The notes under the pieces were generated by a model, which saw only the letters and a list, made by a program, of their open reading frames with translations, was not told the DNA's origin and did no database searches. The translations under genes were made by a program, and so were the position numbers. DNA of 64,000 nucleotides. Origin: Streptosporangiaceae bacterium (GTDB taxonomy: Bacteria > Actinomycetota > Actinomycetes > Streptosporangiales > Streptosporangiaceae). The DNA is taken from NCBI GenBank assembly GCA_036501145.1, contig DASYAV010000155.1, positions 6,164 to 70,163 of the forward strand, read 5' to 3'. This document shows, piece by piece, positions 53,732 to 61,119 of this stretch (position 1 is its first letter; each line of letters starts with the position of its first letter).

Positions 53732-54397
53732 GTGCATATCGTGATCATGGGTTGTGGCCGCGTGGGGTCAACGCTCGCCCACATCCTGGAGGACCAGGGC
53801 CACTCGGTGGCCGTCATCGACCAGGACGCTGAGGCCTTCCGCAAGCTCCGGTCCGGCTTCAAGGGCCGGAAGATCACCGGCTCCGGCTTCGAGCGGGACG
53901 TGCTCATCGAGGCCGGCATCGAGGAGGCCGACGCGTTCGCCGCGGTCAGCAGCGGCGACAACTCCAACATCATCTCGGCCCGGGTGGTGCGGGAGTCGTT
54001 CGGCATCGAGCGGGTCGCGGCCCGGATCTACGACCCGCGGCGTGCCGAGGTGTACCAGCGGCTCGGCATTCCCACCGTGGCCACGGTCCGGTGGACCGCC
54101 GACCAGATGCTGCGCACGCTGTTGCCGGACGGCGCGGAGTCGCTGTGGCGGGATCCGACCGGGAAGATCGTGCTGGCCGAGGTGGCCTACGCCGACGGCT
54201 GGCTCGGCGAGAAGGTCAAGCTGCTCGAGCAGTCGGCCGCGGTGAGGATCGCGTTCATCTCCCGGCTCGGCCAGGCGCTGCTGCCGGAACCGGGCTCCGT
54301 GCTCCAGGAGGGCGACGTGGTGCATGTGATAGCGCTCGAGAGTGACCTGGAGCGGATCGCCGCGGCGTTCGCCCGGCACGGTGAGGGAGGGCACTGA
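53732..54397 (+). CDS. trkA: Trk-system potassium uptake protein TrkA (CeoB-like)
   Basis: GGAGGGA RBS then GTG 53732. IMGCGRVGSTLA Rossmann motif. Confidence 0.9.
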   Translation: MHIVIMGCGRVGSTLAHILEDQGHSVAVIDQDAEAFRKLRSGFKGRKITGSGFERDVLIEAGIEEADAFAAVSSGDNSNIISARVVRESFGIERVAARIYDPRRAEVYQRLGIPTVATVRWTADQMLRTLLPDGAESLWRDPTGKIVLAEVAYADGWLGEKVKLLEQSAAVRIAFISRLGQALLPEPGSVLQEGDVVHVIALESDLERIAAAFARHGEGGH

Positions 54398-55065
54398 TGC
54401 GGGTCGCGATCGCCGGGGCCGGGGCGGTCGGCAGGTCGATCGCCAGCGAACTGCTGGAGAACGGGCACGAGGTCCTGCTCATCGACAAGAACCCGCGGGC
54501 CATCAAGGTGGACAGTGTGCCGCGGGCGGAGTGGCTGCTGGCCGATGCGTGCGAGATCACCTCGCTGGACGACGCCGGGCTCGAACGGTGCAACGTGGTG
54601 ATCTGCGCGACCGGGGACGACAAGGTGAACCTGGTTGTCTCGCTGCTGGCGAAGACCGAGTACGGCGTGCCGCGGGTGGTCGCCCGGGTGAATGACCCGG
54701 CGAACGAGTGGCTGTTCAACGAGTCCTGGGGCATCGACGTGGCGGTGTCCACGCCGCGGCTGCTGTCCGCGCTCGTCGAGGAGGCGGTCAGCGTCGGCGA
54801 CCTGGTCCGGCTGATGACGTTCCGGCAGAGCGACGCCAACCTGGTGGAGCTGACCATGCCGTCGGACGCGCCGCTGGCCGGGCAGCGGGTCGGTGACGTG
54901 GACTGGCCGGTGGACACCGCGCTGGTCGCCATCCTGCGGGAAGGCCGGGTCATCGTGCCGCACGACGACGACCCGCTCGAGGCCGGCGACGAACTGCTGT
55001 TCGTCACCAACGAGGACGTCGAAGAGCAACTCGGCACGCTGCTGTCCAGCTCGCACGCGCCGTAG
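54397..55065 (+). CDS. trkA: Trk-system potassium uptake protein TrkA (CeoC-like)
   Basis: Overlapping stop/start at 54397. IAGAGAVGRSIA Rossmann motif. Confidence 0.9.
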   Translation: MRVAIAGAGAVGRSIASELLENGHEVLLIDKNPRAIKVDSVPRAEWLLADACEITSLDDAGLERCNVVICATGDDKVNLVVSLLAKTEYGVPRVVARVNDPANEWLFNESWGIDVAVSTPRLLSALVEEAVSVGDLVRLMTFRQSDANLVELTMPSDAPLAGQRVGDVDWPVDTALVAILREGRVIVPHDDDPLEAGDELLFVTNEDVEEQLGTLLSSSHAP

Positions 55066-55123
55066 GGCGGCGTTCCGGCCAGGCGAGCAGACCGTAGGGC
55101 ATCTCTCCGGCCGGCAAGCAGAG

Positions 55124-55392
55124 TCAGTCGAGCTGGTATCGCGGGTTGAAGATCGTCCTGCGGCCGCGGTGCGTCCCGAGCACACCCTCGACGCTCAGCG
55201 GGCGGCCGGGTTCGATCCCGGCGATCCGCCGCTGCCCCATCCACACCAGCCGGATCCGGCCCAGCCGTCGTCCATCTCGGCCACCAGCGAATCCGACGAG
55301 CCCACACTCCGGCACCGGACCGAGGCCAGGTTGCCGTCCACTCGTATCACCGGCCGGCCGATCGCCCCCGGAACCGGTATCTCCCGCGCCAT
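55124..55392 (-). pseudogene. OB-fold domain protein of the dut neighbourhood, reading frame broken by a 1-nt shift
   Basis: The N-terminal half is in the frame of ORF 55195..55392 (MAREIPVPGAIGRPVIRVDGNLASVRCRSVGSSDSLVAEMDDG). The C-terminal half is in the frame of ORF 55124..55402 (IRLVWMGQRRIAGIEPGRPLSVEGVLGTHRGRRTIFNPRYQLD). The switch lies around 55250-55275. Confidence 0.55.
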
Positions 55393-55435
55393 GACGGAAC
55401 ATTAGCGGCCCGCGGGCACGACTGCGTGCTGGTTT

Positions 55436-55450
55436 GTTAACACACTGTTA
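55436..55450. promoter_or_regulatory. palindrome TTAACA-cac-TGTTAA upstream of the OB-fold gene
   Basis: Read directly. Its core TAAC-N5-GTTA fits the published BldD-box pattern TNAC(N)5GTNA. Confidence 0.3.
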
Positions 55451-55489
55451 AGGCGCCGGCCACTTTCTCCGCCGCCGCTCGCGTGCCTG

Positions 55490-56317
55490 TCAGCGGGTCT
55501 CGGTGATCTCCGGGCCGCGCTCGAACGGGTTCGGGTACTCCGCGCCCTGCGCCGCCTCGGCCTCGGCCATCTGCTCGGCCATCGCCTGCCGCATCTCCGG
55601 CGGAAGCTGGATCTCCAGCAGGCCGCGTGGCGGAACCGGATGGTCGCCGCGCACCACCACGATGCCGGCCAGCACGTCCTCCAGCGGCTTGGCCAGTTCG
55701 GGGCTGGCGGCCGCCGGGCCGCTGATCTTCGCCGACAGCATCCACCGGGGGCCGTCGACGCCGATGAAGCGGGCGGGCTGCGGGCCGGTCAGCCCGCTGC
55801 CCGGCTCGGGCTGCTCCTGGGCGTGTATCTCGGTGCCGAACGGGCCCTCGGTCTCCCAGGACTGGCCGCCCGCCCCGGCGATCGCATCCACGATGCCGCC
55901 CCGCTCTTCGTCCCACAGCCCGCCGCTCTTCGGCGCGGCGAGCGCCCGCACCTGGAGCCTGCCGTGCGCGCTGGTCACGCCGACCGCGACGATCTGGCTC
56001 TGGTCGTCGGTGAGCTCCAGCTGAATCTGCTGGTCAGGGTGCACCGGGACGTGCAGGCTGCCCAGGTCGACCCGCTGCTGCTCGGGATAGCCGACGTCGG
56101 CGTCGGCGTCCCATGGCCCGCCGGCGGCCTCGCCGCCCGCCGCAGGCTGCTGACCGGGCTGACCGGGCTGACCGTCGTCTTCCCAGTCCTCCGCGGGCCA
56201 GTCTTCCGCGGCCAGGTCGCCGGGCTCCTGGACCCGCCGCGCGTGCCTGCCCCCGGCCGCTCTCGCTTGGCCGGGCGCTGGCTGGCCCTCGTCCCCGTCA
56301 CGCCGTCGCCGGAACAC
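55490..56317 (-). CDS. DUF3710-family protein
   Basis: MFRRRR start, acidic N-terminal region, conserved body ending NPFERGPEITETR. Sits next to dut, as in other actinobacteria. Confidence 0.8.
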   Translation of the reverse strand: MFRRRRDGDEGQPAPGQARAAGGRHARRVQEPGDLAAEDWPAEDWEDDGQPGQPGQQPAAGGEAAGGPWDADADVGYPEQQRVDLGSLHVPVHPDQQIQLELTDDQSQIVAVGVTSAHGRLQVRALAAPKSGGLWDEERGGIVDAIAGAGGQSWETEGPFGTEIHAQEQPEPGSGLTGPQPARFIGVDGPRWMLSAKISGPAAASPELAKPLEDVLAGIVVVRGDHPVPPRGLLEIQLPPEMRQAMAEQMAEAEAAQGAEYPNPFERGPEITETR

Positions 56318-56370
56318 GTCCCGCGCTCCCCACTCTCGCTGCTGTCACTGTGTGCCTGCTGTGCTCGATC

Positions 56371-56398
56371 GCTGCTGTTCGTCCGCTGCTGTTCGTCC
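56371..56398. repeat. 14-nt tandem duplication (gctgctgttcgtcc x2) in the dut / DUF3710 intergenic gap
   Basis: Read directly. The unit is not a multiple of three and the region is non-coding. Confidence 0.8.
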
Positions 56399-56457
56399 GC
56401 TGGTGCTTGTTACCTGGGCGCCCGGGTACCTGGCTGCTGGCTGCCGTCTGCTGCCTG

Positions 56458-56973
56458 TCACCCGGTGGGCTGTCCCGCTGCTGCGCCGGCCCCGGCGTGG
56501 CCGCCGGTCGAGCCGAACCCGCCCGCCCCGCGCGCCGATCCGGGCAGCGCGTCGACCTCGTGGAAGACGGCGCGCTCCACCTGCTGGATGACCAGTTGCG
56601 CGATGCGGTCACCGCGCAGGAAGCGGACCGTCTGGGAGGTGTCGGTGTTGAGCATCGTGACCTTGATCTCGCCCCGGTATCCGGCATCCACGGTTCCGGG
56701 CGCGTTCACCAGCGTAACCCCATATTTGGCCGCCAGGCCCGAGCGCGGGTGCACGAAGGCGGCGTAGCCGGCCGGCAGCGCGATCGCCATGCCGGTGGGC
56801 ACCACCGCGCGCTGGCCCGGGGCCAGCTCGACGTCGGCGGCCGCGACAAGGTCGGCCCCGGCGTCCCCCGGGTGGGCATACCCGGGCAGCGGCAGACCCG
56901 GATCCAGGCGCGTTATGAGCACATCTGGCCCGGCATCGCCCTGGCCCGCGGCCCCAGTCTTCATCGCGGTCAC
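56458..56973 (-). CDS. dut: dUTP diphosphatase
   Basis: GDAGADL, HPRSGLA, GTVDAGYRGEI and RIAQLV motifs, with a GFGSTG C-terminal arm. Confidence 0.9.
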   Translation of the reverse strand: MTAMKTGAAGQGDAGPDVLITRLDPGLPLPGYAHPGDAGADLVAAADVELAPGQRAVVPTGMAIALPAGYAAFVHPRSGLAAKYGVTLVNAPGTVDAGYRGEIKVTMLNTDTSQTVRFLRGDRIAQLVIQQVERAVFHEVDALPGSARGAGGFGSTGGHAGAGAAAGQPTG

Positions 56974-56982
56974 CCGCAGACC

Positions 56983-58308
56983 TTACATCGGTACGTGCTC
57001 GTCACCGAGCGGTTCGCGGCCCGCCGCGTCGTCCGCGCCGTCCACGTCGTCCGGGCCATCCGGACCGGCCGGGCCGGCCGCCCCGGTGCCGTCCGGCTCG
57101 GCGGCTCCTGCGGCGTCCGGCGCCCGGCGCAGCTCCGGCCAGGCACGGGCGGCCGCTGCCGCGGTGGGCACCGCGACCACGGCACCGGGCACCCCGGCCA
57201 GCACACCGCCCACGGCCAGCACCAGGATGACGGCCAGCGGATGCAGCCGGATGATCCGCCCGACTATCTGCGGCTGCAGCAGGTGGCCGTCGAGCTGGTC
57301 CTCGACCAGGAACACCACGAGCAGGATCACCGCCGCGACCACGCCCTTGGTGCCCAGTGTGATCAGGATGGACAGCACCCCGGCGAACAGAATGCCGATC
57401 AGCGGCACGAACGCCGCCAGGAACACCACGGCGGCCAGCGGGATCACCAGCGGGACGCCGAGTATCCACAGCGTGAGCCCGATGATCACGGAGTGGGTCG
57501 CGGCGATCAGCACGGTGCCCCTGACGTAGTGCACGAGGACCTGCCAGGCGGCGTTTCCCGCCCGGTTCACCCGGTCGCCGGTGTCCGCGGACATGAAGCC
57601 GGTCAGCCAGTGCCAGATCCGGTCGCCGTCCTTGATCAGGAAAAAGCTGACGAACAGGGTCAGGATCGTCCCGGCGGCGATCTCGGTGATGTATTTGCCG
57701 CCGGTCAGCACGGTCCCGGCGACCAGTGACTTGTGCGACGCGATCTCGTTCTCCGCGCTCTGCAGCAGCTGCTGCAGCCGGGCCTGCTTGATGTGGAACG
57801 GCGGCCCGGCCAGCCAGCTCTGCAGTTTGTGGCCGGTGTGCGTGAGGTCAGATTGCAGCGTCGGGAATTCCTGGCTGGCCCGCACGCCGATGAGCGCACC
57901 CAGCCCGGCGATCACCGCGATGGCCGCCAGCAGCGCACACCAGGTGGCCAGCATGGCGGGCAGGCCGGCCCGCTTGAGCCGGCCGGTCAGCGGCTGCAGC
58001 AGCGCGGTGAGCAGCAGCGCCGCCACGCACGGCAGCACCACGATCCGCAGCGCGCTGGCCACCCGGGCCAGCACATACACCAGCAGCCCGACGATGAGCA
58101 GCCGCCAGGCCCAGCCCGCCGTGAGCTGCAGCAGCGCGGGCACCTGCCGGTGTGACGCGGATCCGTCGTCCGGCCGCTCCGGCCGCCGGGCCCCTTCGCC
58201 GGACGCACCGGCGGACGCGTCACCCGCGGACGCGTCACCCGCCGCGTCACCGGGCGCGGCGGGCGTACGCCGCCATCCTTGCTTGGCGAGCCGGATCCCC
58301 CAGGGCAT
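56983..58308 (-). CDS. AI-2E family (PerM/UPF0118) transporter
   Basis: 3' part of fused track ORF 56983..58743. ATG 58308 (start uncertain). Eight-TM pattern with low-complexity termini. Confidence 0.8.
   Translation of the reverse strand: MPWGIRLAKQGWRRTPAAPGDAAGDASAGDASAGASGEGARRPERPDDGSASHRQVPALLQLTAGWAWRLLIVGLLVYVLARVASALRIVVLPCVAALLLTALLQPLTGRLKRAGLPAMLATWCALLAAIAVIAGLGALIGVRASQEFPTLQSDLTHTGHKLQSWLAGPPFHIKQARLQQLLQSAENEIASHKSLVAGTVLTGGKYITEIAAGTILTLFVSFFLIKDGDRIWHWLTGFMSADTGDRVNRAGNAAWQVLVHYVRGTVLIAATHSVIIGLTLWILGVPLVIPLAAVVFLAAFVPLIGILFAGVLSILITLGTKGVVAAVILLVVFLVEDQLDGHLLQPQIVGRIIRLHPLAVILVLAVGGVLAGVPGAVVAVPTAAAAARAWPELRRAPDAAGAAEPDGTGAAGPAGPDGPDDVDGADDAAGREPLGDEHVPM
58211..58251 (-). 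repeat. 15-bp tandem repeat, about 2.7 units, in the AI-2E transporter N-terminal region (GDASA repeats)
   Basis: gcggacgcgtcaccc x2 plus the partial unit gccgcgtcacc. Confidence 0.85.
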
Positions 58309-58338
58309 GTCCCCATCCAACCAACTACCGTTGTCTCC

Positions 58339-58803
58339 ATGCGTGACTACCACGAACGGCTGCGTGTACCCATCGCGTGGTGGTTCATCAGTGTGATGTG
58401 CGTGCTCATCCTCGGCACTGAGCTGTTCGCCGGGTTCAGCCTGATCGTGGGTGTACTGGTGTACATCGTGCTCGCCCTGATCTGCGCCAGCACCCTGCTG
58501 CACTGGGGCGGCGCGGTGGTGAGCGTGCACGGCGGCCAGCTTCGGGCGGCCAAGGCCCGGCTGCCGCTGGGCAGCACCGGCGAGGTGCAGCCGCTGGATG
58601 AGACGCAGACCAGGGCGATGCGCGGGCCACGCGCGGATCCGGATGCGTACCTGCTGATCAGGCCGTATCTCAAGCAGTCGGTGTACGTGGAGCTGATCGG
58701 GGCAGATGCCGCCTGGCCGTATCTTCTGATCTGCACCCGGCACCCGCTGGAACTGGCCGAGGCGATCGCGAAGTCACGGGCGGAACTCGCCGCCCACGGC
58801 TAG
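58339..58803 (+). CDS. DUF3093-family membrane protein
   Basis: ATG 58339 (MRDYHERLRVPIAWW). Two TM segments then a conserved soluble domain. Confidence 0.75.
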   Translation: MRDYHERLRVPIAWWFISVMCVLILGTELFAGFSLIVGVLVYIVLALICASTLLHWGGAVVSVHGGQLRAAKARLPLGSTGEVQPLDETQTRAMRGPRADPDAYLLIRPYLKQSVYVELIGADAAWPYLLICTRHPLELAEAIAKSRAELAAHG

Positions 58804-58909
58804 CCTTGACGATCTCACCTGACCGGGGCCGGGCGGGATCAGCGGGGAACATCGGCAGAGCGACCAGACCGCGCCACCGGGAGCGCGGCGGGATCGAGGA
58901 GGCAGTCTG

Positions 58910-59209
58910 ATGGCAGACAAGCGCGGCGACTTCGCCAGCCGCGCGGTGGGCGGAGTGGCCGGCGGTGTGGCCGGCTTCGTCACGCGCAAGGCGATGACCA
59001 CGGTGTGGAAGAAGTTCACCGGCAAAGAGCCGCCCTCTCATCCAGAGGACCCCGAGGTCGCGCTGGCCGAGGCGATTGGCTGGGCCGTGGTGATGGCAGT
59101 GGCGATGTCGGTGGCCAGGCTGCTCGCCACCCGGCTGGCCGCCAAGCGGCTGCAGGGCCCGCCCTGCGAAAAGACCGAGGAACCCGCGACGGACGTCGCC
59201 AAAGCCTGA
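58910..59209 (+). CDS. DUF4235-family small membrane-associated protein
   Basis: GAGGAGG RBS. GGVAGGVAGFVTRKAMTTVWKK pattern. Confidence 0.7.
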   Translation: MADKRGDFASRAVGGVAGGVAGFVTRKAMTTVWKKFTGKEPPSHPEDPEVALAEAIGWAVVMAVAMSVARLLATRLAAKRLQGPPCEKTEEPATDVAKA

Positions 59210-59324
59210 GCCGGCCGGCGCCGGCGACTGACCGGCCCGGCGCCCCGCGGCTGACGGCCGTGGGCCGAACCGCCGCTGGCTGTCTGGTGCCAGGCCGGGC
59301 CGCTGGCCCTCGCGCGCCCTCTAG

Positions 59325-59356
59325 GTTAAGATACATCGCAACTTAACTGCGTTAAG
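59325..59356. promoter_or_regulatory. GTTAAG / CTTAAC-tgc-GTTAAG inverted-repeat set upstream of the DUF1707 gene
   Basis: Three copies of the hexamer in alternating orientation at 59325-59330, 59342-59347 and 59351-59356, 37 nt or more upstream of ATG 59393. Confidence 0.3.
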
Positions 59357-59392
59357 GGTATCTTTCCGGCCAGGAAAACAAGGAGGGCAGTC

Positions 59393-60001
59393 ATGACGGC
59401 CATGCCGCCGGAACGCCAGGAACCCCCGGCCATGCGCGCCTCGGACACCGACAGGGAGCAGGCCGCGCAGCGGCTGCAGGCCGCGTTCGCCGAAGGCCGC
59501 CTGGATGACACCGAGTTCGATACCCGGATGCGCTCGGCGCTGACCGCGGTGACACACAGCGACCTCGGCAAGCTCACCGCGGACCTGCCCGAGGCCGCGC
59601 CGCGCGGCGGCGGGCCGGTACAGCTGCCCCCGCCGGGAAAGTTCGCGGTCGCCTACAAGAGCTCGGTGCGGCGCGGCGGCCGCTGGCGGGTGCCGCGGCG
59701 GTTCACCCCGGTGGTCTACAAGGGCAGCGGCTGGATCGACCTGCGCGCCGCCGAGCTGACCGAGCAGGTGACGACGGTGCGGGCCATCGCCTACAAGTCA
59801 CGGATGGACATCCTCGTGCCGCCCGGCGTCCGGGTGGAGATGGATGGCTTCGGGGTGTCGAAGGGCTGGTCGGCCGACGAGGAGTGGGAAAGCCAGCTGC
59901 CACAGGACGCGCCGGTGGTGCACGTGCGCGGCATCGCCTACAAAGGCGTCATCGAGGTCAGCACCCGCCCCTCGGGGAGCAGCCGGGAGATCGGCAGGTA
60001 A
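59393..60001 (+). CDS. DUF1707 (SHOCT-like) domain protein
   Basis: AAGGAGGG RBS. MRASDTDREQAAQRLQAAFAEGRLDDTEFDTRM is the DUF1707 signature. Confidence 0.75.
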   Translation: MTAMPPERQEPPAMRASDTDREQAAQRLQAAFAEGRLDDTEFDTRMRSALTAVTHSDLGKLTADLPEAAPRGGGPVQLPPPGKFAVAYKSSVRRGGRWRVPRRFTPVVYKGSGWIDLRAAELTEQVTTVRAIAYKSRMDILVPPGVRVEMDGFGVSKGWSADEEWESQLPQDAPVVHVRGIAYKGVIEVSTRPSGSSREIGR

Positions 60002-60013
60002 CCGGGCGGCCAG

Positions 60014-60505
60014 TCAGCCGACCTCGTGGCCGTACATGGCGCCGAGCGGGTCGGCGATCAGCTCGACCCTGGCGCCGTCGGGGTCGTTGAAGTACAGCGA
60101 CGTGCCGCTCTCCTCCTGGTAGCCCACGCCGGCCGCGTACAGCTTGTCGCGCAGCCGTTCCCACCGCTCCGGCTCCACCGAGATCGCGATGTGGTGCAGC
60201 CCGCCGAGCACCTCGTCGTACGGGCCGAGGTCCAGCCCGGGGAAGTCGAAGAAGGCGAGCAGATTGCCGTGGCCCAGGTCGAAGAAGAAGTGGTTGGAGC
60301 CGGCGTAGTCGCGGTTCTCGAAGATCTCGGTGAGCGGGAACTCCAGCAGGTCCTGATAGAACTTGATGGTCCGCTCGACATCGGCGGACAGCAGCGCGAC
60401 GTGGTGCACCCCACGGGCGGAGCTGGCCGGCCGGTTCTCGCGCACGTACTGTGACCGCAGCCGGTCACGCTCGGCCGTGATGGCGGCCAGGTCGATGTCA
60501 GTCAT
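60014..60505 (-). CDS. VOC-family (glyoxalase/bleomycin-resistance/dioxygenase) protein
   Basis: 163 aa. GVHHVALLSADVERTIKFY and HHIAISV motifs. Confidence 0.8.
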   Translation of the reverse strand: MTDIDLAAITAERDRLRSQYVRENRPASSARGVHHVALLSADVERTIKFYQDLLEFPLTEIFENRDYAGSNHFFFDLGHGNLLAFFDFPGLDLGPYDEVLGGLHHIAISVEPERWERLRDKLYAAGVGYQEESGTSLYFNDPDGARVELIADPLGAMYGHEVG

Positions 60506-60540
60506 GGTCCTCGTCTCCAGACTTCGCGGCGGTTCACGTC

Positions 60541-61038
60541 TCAGGTCGGCGAGCCCGCCGCCGCCCCGGTGGCCTGCTCACCCCAGCGGGCCAGCGCGTT
60601 CTCCAGGTCGAGCGGCGCGATCATGTCGCCCTTGGCCAGTTCACTCTCCCAGTCCTGGGCCGGGACCCGCCACATCACCTCGAACTCGATGCCGTCCGGA
60701 TCCTTGGCGTACAGCGACTTCGACACGCGGTGGTCGCTCGCGCCGACCAGCGCACCGCCGGCGGTCAGCCGGTCCTGGATCTCGGTCAATTCACCGAGCG
60801 TGCCCACCTCCCAGGCCAGGTGGTAGAGCCCGACCTTCTGCTCGGCCGCGGGCCGGGACGGGCCGACCTGGAACAGGCCCAGGTCGTGGTCGTTCGATGA
60901 GCCTGGTGCCCGCAGGAAGGCCGCCCGCCCGGGTATGTCGGTACGCATCTCGAAGCCGAACATCTGCTGGTAGAAAGCGGTGGACCGGGTCACGTCGCTG
61001 ACGTAGAGCACCGCGTGGTTGAGCCGGCGAACGGCCAT
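60541..61038 (-). CDS. VOC-family protein
   Basis: ATG 61038, six nt after GAGGAG. LNHAVLYVSDVTRSTAFY and LYHLAWEV motifs. Confidence 0.8.
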   Translation of the reverse strand: MAVRRLNHAVLYVSDVTRSTAFYQQMFGFEMRTDIPGRAAFLRAPGSSNDHDLGLFQVGPSRPAAEQKVGLYHLAWEVGTLGELTEIQDRLTAGGALVGASDHRVSKSLYAKDPDGIEFEVMWRVPAQDWESELAKGDMIAPLDLENALARWGEQATGAAAGSPT

Positions 61039-61119
61039 GGCCATCTCCTCGTTCCGGGAGCCATTGTGCTGCTGAGAGCTTTGTAGGGGAAATGCCCGCA
61101 CCGGGCACTTCGATTCCCG

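Noticed and set aside
55205-55225. A tRNA T-arm-like string GGGTTCGATCCCGG.
   Set aside because: The T-loop is one nt short, and I could not find an acceptor or anticodon stem around it. The string encodes the conserved IAGIEPGR segment of the OB-fold protein on the opposite strand.
56411-56430. The near-palindrome TACCTGGGCGCCCGGGTA downstream of dut, considered as a terminator hairpin.
   Set aside because: It has no loop and a central mismatch, and DUF3710 follows on the same strand as a likely co-transcribed gene.
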